DNA from: Octopus bimaculoides
Taxonomy: Eukaryota
NCBI RefSeq assembly: GCF_001194135.2
Contig: NC_068983.1
Span: forward strand, 8,609,709-8,673,708
Reading direction: 5' to 3'
Length of the DNA: 64,000 bases
The notes beneath the pieces were generated by a model. That model was given only the letters and a program-made list of their open reading frames with translations, was not told where the DNA came from and made no database searches. Numbering within the stretch: the first letter of the stretch is position 1; every line of letters begins with the position of its first letter. This document shows positions 52,976 through 64,000 of the stretch, piece by piece. A program made the translations under genes and the position numbers.

Positions 52976-55636
52976 GAGATAAATATGTGCCCATACTTAT
53001 TGGTTACTAAATTCAACATGCTTCCTCTCAGTGGTAAAACTAATAAAAGGGCAAAGTGTCACGGTATCGACTATGTTGGGAGACGAAAATACAAAAGTCT
53101 TGCTTATCTTTTCCTTTTATAATAAACTTCAACGTTGTTTACAGACACTCTTGCGTGTGCTCCCGTGCACGTGCACACGCACACACACGCACGCACTCAC
53201 ACACGCACACACACACGCACGCACACACGCACACACACATACACACACACAAGCACAGGCACACACATTTATATGTATACAATCAGCTGTACGCAACTGT
53301 AGAAGGAGTATTCAATTAAGTAAGTCATATGTATATGATACATAATATATATACTCCGTTGTGAGGCAATTAACTGCGATTTTCTTCCGAGATAAAATCA
53401 CTTAATAAATGCTTTACCTTCAAAACAAATATAAACGATGGAGACAAAAAGTGGCCCAGACTGCGGGTTGAGAGAACATTGGATGCACTTTGGTCTTTTT
53501 CAACCATGTCTATAATGTGTGGGTGAGAGCAGTCATATGCCTAAACAAGATTTTTGTCGCTTCTGATATAGGAAAACGCAAATAATCTGTAATGTAGCCG
53601 AGACGAATCTAGGATTCTAGCTGGCTGCTACTGAATTACGTATTTGCCTGCAGTATATAATCATGGATATGACACATACATGTCTATATATACACGTAGA
53701 CATATATATAAATATATACATATCTATGTTTGAGGAACAATTTCTCCTTTCAGAGTACGTGTTCAGAATTCGATCGATTCATCACAGAAAATGGGTTGTA
53801 GCAAAACGTGGTGGTTTCGATTTGGTTGTGTCTCTTCTCTCAAAGTTAACCGTGGATCAATAATTATAAAGAAGCCTCGTGGCTCTTGTTTATATAGCTC
53901 AGCAAACACATTATTTGCTGATGTGTGCTGATGCTTTTCAAACCAATAAATCGCCATGCGCATGAAGGACATTGAAAATGAAAGATGTGCTTTATTAAGC
54001 ATGAAATTATGAATATAGTAAAAACTACCAAAATTATATTATTAACACATTTGTCACGAAAACGACTCAGTGAAGTAGCGACAGTGATATATTCAATAAT
54101 GCATGGTGTACCGTTAAATGTATATACATACATCTATACATACATGTATACATACATACATATATTTGTATTCTCAATCCGTATATGCATATCTTAAAGT
54201 ATGGATATTGTAATATATTTTATTTATGCAGCTACTTATTTATATTAACGATAGGAAATATATTTGTAGTGAACATTTACTGAATAAAATTTGTATAGTT
54301 TATTCTAAAATTTTGTAGTTGCGGCAAGTTTTATATCTAGTACATATAATGCCAATTCCGTTATATATGTATGGCATGCTTACTGAATGAAATATCACTA
54401 AAATATATTACTTTTGACAAAAGAACTTTGAGTAGACTCTATCCTGGCAATACATGATGTGTTGTAACAAGTCCATAGCAAATATGGATTGTATGCTATG
54501 AAGACGCTTTTATTAAAAGCTAGTTTTAATTGCTTTCAAATGGCCATCGGATTTGACGGTGCAGTTACAAAGCTAATTATTATAATTACTATAACGATGA
54601 TAATAACTTGAACAATAATATTTATTACATAAAGAAGTGATACTTACAATCAGCATAATCCTCCTTATTATACTATATAACATGCTATACATATGGTTTA
54701 GAAAAACATGTGATGATGTACGAATATCAATATACAGAAATTGGAACAAATTGAAATCTAGCTACGTCATTTTACATTCTGAGTTCAAATTCGACCTTGT
54801 GTTTGATACCGCCTGGGTTGGATACAATTGCACATGAATTACACGGTCGACATCTCCTTCAACATGTATTACTGTATCTCAATCAGAAATTCTGCAGTAT
54901 CAATGCGAGTGGAAGTGGAAGAGAAAAGATGGTGGTGAAAACTTTTACTTCCCTCTCAGTGTGATGAGATTAATGCACTAAATGACTGAAGTGATCTTGG
55001 AATCGAATTTCGTCCGCCCTAAATAATTAATTACTAACAATATTCTAAAAAACAGTACGTCCACTATCTTAAAAATATTGAACTTGACAGCGTCTTTATA
55101 ATAAAGAGTGATAGCTGCGACTACTACTGCTTAATTCCTGTTTGAAAACCTCATACCAACTCCCGTGGGGTCAGAAGCCAATTTCCATTTCATGATAATT
55201 GAGATTGCAAAACATGTAGTTCTAATGGCGATTGAAATCTTTAATGGTTTCTGATATGACTTGCTAATTGAGAAGCGTATCTGCTATCGCTCGATTCATG
55301 TAAAGCAAATATCATTCTCATCACACTCTCCTGTAAGTAAGAACCGAAAAATGAGTATTTGTGTGGTTATTGGTCTTACAAGTATTAGCAGCTAAAATTA
55401 CTTTAAATCATATGAAATAAACATGTCTTCATTGAGTTAAAAACAGAGTGTGTTGGGACATTATTTTATTGTTACATTACAATGAAAACTGTGCATGTAA
55501 AATGTGCAGCACAGCATAAGATAGCAATCAGCAGTTCGATCATATCATGTTTAAATACGTCAGTCTAGATATCGAAATTAAGTATCGTACACCATTGCTT
55601 TGTAATTTAACAAACAAAATTTCTTTGAAATATCTA

Positions 55637-56141
<505 letters not shown>

Positions 56142-56542
56142 TATATATATGTATATATATTTGTATGTATATATGTTTTATTTTATGTATGAACCTCCTC
56201 ATGTATATAGTCCCATATCTAGATATGCACATCTTGGATCTGTAGAATCACTAATTCGTTTCTGGTTTTGAGAAATCTAATTCCTCGAAATTGGTACATA
56301 TTCCAGTAAACAGACTATGTATGTATGTATGTATGTATGTATGTATGTATGTATGTATGTATGTATGTATATATGTAGATCTAGCTGTAAATATAAACGA
56401 GTTGTGCGAACGGGAAGAAATACTGAAAGAAAAAATTGTGCCTTTCTGCACTGGGGAAAAAATGAAAACTTAACTCCAAATCTTTAAAATATGACTATTT
56501 CACTCATGCACACATACAGGCACACACGCACACATGCATATT

Positions 56543-56643
<101 letters not shown>

Positions 56644-57572
56644 GTGCGCACATGCATGCATGCACATATCTGTATCTGTGTATATAAATATATGTGCATG
56701 AACAGACGCAATAATTAGCTTGTGCATTTTCCTTAGAAGTCTCATCACAAAATGAGATGCACGTGAGTCATTGTATTCTATGGATAAAAAAAAAGAGTAG
56801 GACAGTCTAGACGTGGTCTTATATCAAACGACTGATACAGCACGGCTGTCTCAGATAACAATATTCATAACAAAATCTTGTCCACAACAAAATGCAACAG
56901 CGTTTACGTTCGCTGTTGATCTACTGTAGTGTCATCAGAACACAATGAAAGTCCTCACTGGAAAATGTAATCACAATTACTGCTGTTACAAGTACTAAAC
57001 CTTAACGCTGCTGCTGCTGCTACAAATCTTTGATACGAAAATTCTAGTTATAAAAATATATTTTCTCGTTAATATTATAAAGACGAAGATTTGCTTGAAA
57101 AACTCTATTATCTTACTTCCGCTCTTTTCTCTATCTTTTTCTCTTCTTTGTTCTTCACTCGCTTTCCTTTGTCAGGGGTTTTTTTTTTCTTATTTTTCAT
57201 TAATCTTTCCTATACATTTTGTCTGTTTTTTTTTTATTTTGTCAGCTATGAATTTTAGATGTTCGCCTTTTTATTTATTTGTTTGTTTATTTATTTATTT
57301 ATTTATTTATATATTCATTTATTACTATTGTTATTTAGCTTTTATAATCTCACATCTAATTAGATTTCTAATTACTGTGATTTTTAGACAGCAAAGCTAC
57401 CGTCAACATCATTAATTCACAAAGAAAGAAGATAAAGAAAACAAAAACAAAAGCAAAAGCAAAAACAAAACGAAACTAAAATAAATAAAATAACTGAATA
57501 ATTCTGCTAGCTAACTGATAACTGCATCAATGATAATCGGGTTAAATAATAAATAATAACCATGATAATAGC

Positions 57573-57629
<57 letters not shown>

Positions 57630-57994
57630 CTGAAATAACTATATAGCTTGAAGTGGAAATTAACTGAACACATGCCGCGCGTTTAATTTCACGCTCCTAG
57701 CATAACCAATAGCGCACTAATAGCGCACCAGTATCGCAACAATAGCTCCGAAGATCAGATACCATTTCAATTTCTTTAGCCTGAAAGTTAGTTAGTTGGC
57801 CTAGTAATAATACAAGTAAATCAATAAATATACATCAAAATAAATTTCTGTTAGAATCGATTAACAATGAGTTCAAACGAGAATATTACAAACAGACACA
57901 AACACATAAATTACATATATATGTAAGTTTGGGCATCTGTGTCTCTATGTGCTCCGGTGGGTGTATGTAGTTTTGTAGAGATAATTATTTAGCC

Positions 57995-58370
57995 GCAAGA
58001 ATGTTTGCGTGGTTAAGAATCAATCTTTGCAATGATGTGGCTTCGGCGTGAATCCCATTGCGCAGCACCTTGGAAATGTGTGTTATATTATGGCCAAATA
58101 CCGAGCAATGCCTTCAGTGTAACTTTAGTATACTGAAGCTATGTGTCGTTGTGTCTGTGTTTTTCACTACATCATGTCTTAGCAAGTAATTTTAGCTTGT
58201 TTAGTCTCTGTAACGGCAAAAAAGGGCCGATAGAATAAATTATCCCACTAAGAAAAAGCAAAAAGAAACAAAAACAAAAACACGAGTACTCAGGCAAATT
58301 TTGTCGACAAAACCCTACAGGCGGTGGCCAAACATAACCGCAGTCCATGGCAGAAACCAATAAAACGTAT
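57995..58370 (+). mobile_element. Old diverged SINE-A-like copy
   Basis: Contains AATCCCATTGCGCAGCACCTTGG (head), CCGATAGAATAA (body) and AGGCGGTGGCC..CGCAGTCCATGGCAGAAAC (tail). Confidence 0.65.
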
Positions 58371-58588
58371 GTGGTAAAGAGAGAGGTTTTCTTCTCCACC
58401 ATTTATTCCTAAGCTCAGTCCCTCTGTGTGGTATTTGGTTACGTGTCGACTAGAGCCATGTAACTGGATTTGGCAGAAAGAAATTGGAGGAAATTCAAAG
58501 AAACTTTTCGTATAAATATATATAATATTGCATTTTCAAACCTTTCATATATATTTCCTCTCGTTAGGTATCTTACAACTTTACTTTG

Positions 58589-58637
<49 letters not shown>

Positions 58638-59150
58638 TATATGAAAGAATTATTGCTTGTGAAAAACAGTGATAATGACGTGGTTAGCAAGACGTCTACC
58701 ATAATAGGTATGATACTAAATATTTGAATAAAAGAAGGTTAAAAATACCGCTCCCAATGATTAAAGCAAGAGCATCAAAAACAACCAAATCCTACGATAA
58801 ATGCACACACGAGCAATGCAATGAACACTTTAAAAAGTAAGCCTACCTTCAGGATGGAATTTGAAGATAGTTTACATACCCCAATATCAATTGATTTCAT
58901 GCTGTACATGAGAAAACATTCTTTGCAATCTTCAGTTGGAGATAGTAACATCTATTTCCAAAATATTCACTACGTCAGCTCGTGTGCATTTCGAACCTTA
59001 AACGTCCCGCTTCGTTTAAAGAGAAAACTATTGTAAACAAAAAAAAAAAGTAGCTATATGAAAGTATTACTGTTGTTAAAAACAGTAATAATGAGGCGGT
59101 TATTGAATAGGTATATTACCTGAATAGGTATAAAATTAAATATTTCAATA

Positions 59151-59266
59151 AAAGAAGGGTAAAAATACCGTTTGCCAAAGATTAAGGCGAAAATCCTACA
59201 CGTACGATTGGTGGTTTTTGAAACTTTCTCTTTCATCTTTGGCAGGCGGTGTTTTTACCCTTCTTT
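59151..59266. repeat. Inverted repeat with 32-bp arms and a ~52-nt spacer
   Basis: Left arm AAAGAAGGGTAAAAATACCGTTTGCCAAAGAT; reverse complement of right arm AAAGAAGGGTAAAAACACCGCCTGCCAAAGAT. Confidence 0.92.
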
Positions 59267-59786
59267 CATTCCTTTGTTGTCTTGCCATTTTTATCAATAT
59301 ATGCATATATGTATATATATAGGATATGTTCTCTATGTGGCCTGCATGTTTTTTGCACCTTGTTTATCATTTTGTCCATGTTCTTTTTGCAACATCATGT
59401 ACCCAGATATGTATCTATATGTACATGTAGATGAAGGTATGTACATACATCTACATATACATGTATATACTCGTATATTGTTTATATATATATATATATN
59501 NNNNNNNNNNNNNNNNNNNNNNNNNNNNNNNNNNNNNNNNNNNNNNNNNNNNNNNNNNNNNNNNNNNNNNNNNNNNNNNNNNNNNNNNNNNNNNNNNNNN
59601 NNNNNNNNNNNNNNNNNNNNNNNNNNNNNNNNNNNNNNNNNNNNNNNNNNNNNNNNNNNNNNNNNNNNNNNNNNNNNNNNNNNNNNNNNNNNNNNNNNNN
59701 NNNNNNNNNNNNNNNNNNNNNNNNNNNNNNNNNNNNNNNNNNNNNNNNNNNNNNNNNNNNNNNNNNNNNNNNNNNNNNNNNNNNNN

Positions 59787-59886
59787 CCTGTTTGCCAAGG
59801 GAAGTTATCCCTCTCACCATGATCTGTAGCACGAACGTTCGTGCTACAGATCATGGTGAGAGGGATAACTTCCCTTGGCAAACAGG
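59787..59886. repeat. Perfect 100-bp palindrome with no loop, abutting an N-gap
   Basis: 50-nt arm CCTGTTTGCCAAGGGAAGTTATCCCTCTCACCATGATCTGTAGCACGAAC is followed immediately by its exact reverse complement. Confidence 0.97.
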
Positions 59887-60528
59887 CCACAGTCGTGTGT
59901 CGATAAGCCAGCTGGAGGAGATGTCCTCCTGGGGCTAAAAGCAACAGTACCATCCACCCCTAGGGGTCAGCCACACTTAAGTAGCAATATACTACACTTT
60001 ATATATATATATATATATATATATTTTGGTACAGGATTTCAGAACACGTACTGAGGATGACTTATTTGACCATTAAACGCTCCAAGGCGGTGCCCTGGCA
60101 TGGTCTCACTGTAATAACCGAAACATGTTAAATATCTTTTAACCTGTTTCGGTGTCTATAAATAATGTAAATAATGTACATAATTCCTCATCTCTTAAAT
60201 ATAGAACTGTATAGGGATAAAACTTGGTGAAAAGGATGTGTGTGAAAGCCCGTTGGAGGCTGTCTTCTTTATTTGTTGGTGCATTTAATCCGTCTCGTTT
60301 ATCATTAGCAAGTGGCTCCTGAATAATATTAATGGAGGCGAATCTGTTACCGTTATTCGGATTAAATTTTCTGGTCTGGAGATTATATCCGTCCTTCTAC
60401 CTGCCACGTACCTTTTTCCTGCAAGCTCACCATTAAATGATAGGATATAATGTTATTAATTGTTCCATCGATTAACCTTTCTACGTTGGTTGGAATCTAG
60501 AAATAATATCCTCTATAAAAATTATGTA

Positions 60529-60715
60529 AGGCAGAGAGATGGAAGAATCGTTAGCACAATGCTTAAAGACATTTCTTGCTGCTCTTTATGTTCTGATTTC
60601 AAATCCCGCCAAGGCTAACTTTGCCTTCCATCATTTCGGAGACGACAGAATAAAGTATAAATTAAATACCGGGATCGATGTTCTCGACATGTCTCACCCT
60701 TCAAAAGCGCTAGCA
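60529..60715 (+). mobile_element. Degenerate SINE-D
   Basis: GAATCGTTAGCAC..TGCTTA..TTCTGATTTCAAATCCCGCCAAGGCTAACTTTGCCTTCCATC. Confidence 0.8.
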
Positions 60716-60719
60716 ATTA

Positions 60720-60986
60720 ATTCAGGGGCCGCCCCAAAGGTTTTTAATATTCTCCCAAAGAGCCTGATGAATCTCCACAAAGTAGATGTAGGCGTTTTAG
60801 AATCAAGGTTGGACCCCTTCCTGTCGAGGGTCCCAGATGAACCTACTTCACGGCAAGAGGTGCAAAGGAGGGTAACTACATCAAACTCGATTCTACACAA
60901 AGTGCCATATATTAAAGGAAGATTCTCAGTAATAAAAGTGTAGCAAAACGGCGGTGCTCCAGCATTGCCACAGCAATGAGCTGAAA

Positions 60987-60990
<4 letters not shown>
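60720..60990 (+). mobile_element. CR1-like LINE 3' end with stop codon and 3' tail
   Basis: PKVFNILPKSLMNLHKVDVGVLESRLDPFLSRVPDEP..TSNSIL (stop 60941-60943) is followed by GGCGGTGCTCCAGCATTGCCACAGCAATGAGCTGAAAC. Confidence 0.88.
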
Positions 60991-61062
<72 letters not shown>

Positions 61063-63639
61063 GCAGATATACATACACACATATCTCGATGTACTATATA
61101 AAAGTGAGATAAAGGTAAAAAAAATAATGCATTTTAAGATATTCATTTGTCTACCGTTTCTTGTACTTATCGGTCTACCCATCAACTACAGGCAGCTTCT
61201 ACGCCTTGAACAGAATAATGATTCTGAGTCGGATTTAGCAGTTAATTTTGTAAGATCTTGTTACAATGTATATTTCAGTCGGAGAAAATCTGTCATCTAT
61301 GTGTTTCAAGTTTAACTACATGATAATCGTTTCTACTATCGGCACAAGACCTGAAAGTTTGGGGAGGGTACTAGTCAATGACATGGATCCCAGTATTTCA
61401 TTAATACTTAATTTATCGACCCCGAAACGATGAAAGGCAACATGGATCTTGACGGAATTTCAATTCAGATCTTAGCGCCCGACGAAATACCGTTAAATAT
61501 TTCTCCCGGCGTGCTTGTGATTTTGTCAGCTGGCCACCTTTCTTTAACTAAATAATAATAATACTAACAAAGATACAAACTGAAAAAGTTCAGGAAGGTT
61601 AATCTGTCGATTAGATCACCTGTTGTATTTAGCAGATAGTTTATTTTAGCGGTCCCAGGAGAAAGGAAAAATGAAGTCGACTTCAGTAAGTTTAGCATTC
61701 AGAATGTACAGTACCGGAGCAAGTACGGGAATGTATTTAATCTGCTAATCACCGCCCGCTTGATGCATAATGATAATATCCCACATTCAGGAAACTCCGT
61801 TGATACAAATTTCTTTTATCAGATAAAAAGCAGAGATGCATCGCCCCTTGTCAAAGATTAACTGAGGAGTAAATTCAATCCAGATATGTATTAGGAGTTG
61901 AAATTAGAACATAAAGGTTTACAACTAAACGCTCTGGGGCAAATATTCCGAGAGCTTCTTTCGAAAGCTAAACAACAGCTCTGGCTGACATGAACAAACC
62001 TGAATAAATATTCAATGTTCAAAAGTTTTACACTTCTTAATTTGATCATTCATTAACTATTTACATTTCGGAGCTAATTAATCTCCCACAAAGTCATTCA
62101 AAATTATTTCGGCAATAATTAAAGCATTATTTTATTAAAGTTTAAATCGAATGAGAGACGATTTCCATAAATTATATTCTCTGAAGATCAATCGATTTTA
62201 ATTTGAGAATGGCAATTTGATAACAACATTTTGTTTACTCTGTGATGAAGAGCAAAATCAGAAGAGCATCAGAGACCTAATGAGTTATTTCTATTTACAT
62301 TATATCGTAGTTTCGGTACAACGGCGTCATTGATTATATGTTTGCGAGTGACCAATCTGTTTCAGTGCATTAAAACTAGAGAGTGTCTAATTAAATGCTA
62401 TTCGTATATTTCACGCGATGCTCCGTTCGTAGAATAACAGTTTTTCGGTTTTACACAAGAATGGGAAACACACACACACATACACACATATATATAGCAG
62501 ATGAGGTGGCGTATATTAACCCTTCTGTTTACAAAAAGAAGCACTTCCACCGATACCCGCTATCAGTCGATTAATCTGAACATCTACAAATGATCATGAA
62601 CTGTTTATTATGAAAGATATCAACGAATGGAGTTAGGAAATCATTTCAATGCATCGTTTACGATCGTTTTATCGTGGTACAGTATGATCAATCTTGTGTA
62701 CGGCTGTAATCATTCCGGCAACTTCTGACTAATTTTAATGTGCTATGTAGGATTTTATCTATAACACCTGTTGAACAGGAATTCTCTGAAATTTGGATTT
62801 TCTTGTGTATCTCAATATTTGTGGGACAGCGAACTTCTGTTGCATAAATATATCTATCAATCTTGTTCGTGTCTGTGTGAATACTGTGAAATATTTATGC
62901 ATTAATACTAATTCAGAGTAAACGATATCGTTGTGTTTGATATGCTTGAGTTAAAAGTAAATATGTTCTCTCAGACGTTGTGACAGAGCCTGCTTATATA
63001 CGTATAAGTGTGAGGACGTAAATACACTAGGGTTTTAGTGTATGTATGTCTAGTAATACGCCTAAAAATCACGGTATATATTTCTTTATGTAACAATATT
63101 CAAATTTGCATATGTGCCGATATAAGTGTAACTAAGAAATTATCTACGTGGTGATATTCATGAATATGTATATCTTTAGATATATTCGTTTTTGTTTTAA
63201 CGTGTGGGTAAATGAATTCATAATTTCATTAGTATGCGACAGAGAAAGAGAGGGAGAGGGAGAGAGAATAAGAAAGATGCTGCTGATGTCTGTGAATACG
63301 TGTGTATGTTTGCGTGCGAGTGTGTGTCTGAAAGTTTTCGGAAAATTGATACGAGAGTGAATGAAAATAGGAAAGTATTTTATGGGACAAAATTATCTTT
63401 CTTAACAGATTCTATTAAAAGATTATACGACTTGAAGTCTAGACAATATATCTGACAGCAGTGCAAATGAAAGAAGCCAATGAAAAGGTCAGAGCAGCTT
63501 AACCTCTTATTTTCTAGCAATAGGCAGACCTGGATACAACGTCATAGGTAGTGGCCCGGGAACAAGATTTGCTTATGGGGTGTAAACTCAGTTTCAAAAT
63601 TTGGCATTACTGGAGAAGTGTGGATCCGAGTTCTGGGAG

Positions 63640-63730
63640 TGTGCATGTCACAAATTTGCGCATGCGCCTGCGTTAGTCGTAAGTAGTCGAATTTAGCACA
63701 CAGGTAAAAAACGAGACGCGCGCTACTTGC
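63640..63730. promoter_or_regulatory. CpG-rich patch with an NRF1-like palindrome; candidate promoter element
   Basis: TGCGCATGCGCC at 63657-63668 (11/12 match to TGCGCATGCGCA) lies outside any microsatellite, with GACGCGCGC nearby. Motif evidence only. Confidence 0.3.
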
Positions 63731-64000
63731 TGTAAATGGAAGGTGGGTTATCCATCTAATACAAGAAGAAAATTGCAGATTAATTGAATAAAAACATGAA
63801 AAATAACAAAATGATAATTCATTGAAAAGTGACATGCGCACTCTCAGAACTCAGGTCTACACTTCTCCTGTAGTACCCAAAATTTTTACAAACAAGGTGA
63901 AGTTTTCTAACTTGGGTATCAAAACAAACACATGTTCAATAATAATAACTTTTATTATTATGAGGATCGACTGGAAAGTTAACAGGATGACCATTATATT

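Noticed and set aside
53770-54133. Minus frames resembling GPCR TM6/TM7 (ILVVFTIFIISCLIKHIFHF; FCYNPF)
   Set aside because: The key CWxP motif is absent, the frames are discontinuous, and AT-rich DNA readily yields hydrophobic runs.
60146-60530. Possible Penelope-like terminal segment
   Set aside because: It looks familiar from octopod repeats, but I could not recover a GIY-YIG or RT motif, so it is not called.

Overview
AT-rich eukaryotic scaffold with 13 N-gaps and dense di-, tri- and tetranucleotide microsatellites. The repeat types look like an octopod cephalopod (Octopus-like) genome; this is inferred from memory of such repeats, not from a search. I cannot support any intact protein-coding gene, rRNA, functional tRNA or CRISPR array. 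Nearly all ORFs in the supplied track are artefacts of microsatellites, N-gaps, antisense frames or decayed transposons. The window is best read as intronic or intergenic DNA full of old mobile elements. Non-LTR retroelement fossils: one HERO-like (20-905), three R4/Dong-like pieces, three CR1-like 3' ends. DNA-transposon fossils: mariner, Tc1, two Chapaev3-like pieces, a near-complete decayed hAT/Buster transposase, and DINE-1/Helentron-like ends. There are four tRNA-headed SINE types (my labels A-D) in about 20 copies. I found no convincing new biological system. Best leads: (1) in-window evidence that the SINE-A tail derives from a CR1-like LINE; (2) an R4/Dong fragment sitting inside a (TAA)n array; (3) a perfect 100-bp palindrome at a gap edge; (4) a 32-bp hairpin whose only mismatches are G.U pairs; (5) templated snap-back junctions at retroposon 5' ends; (6) a trinucleotide mosaic flanked by a 12-bp direct repeat; (7) weak candidate minus-strand small exons that need RNA-seq. 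All translations and alignments were done by eye.
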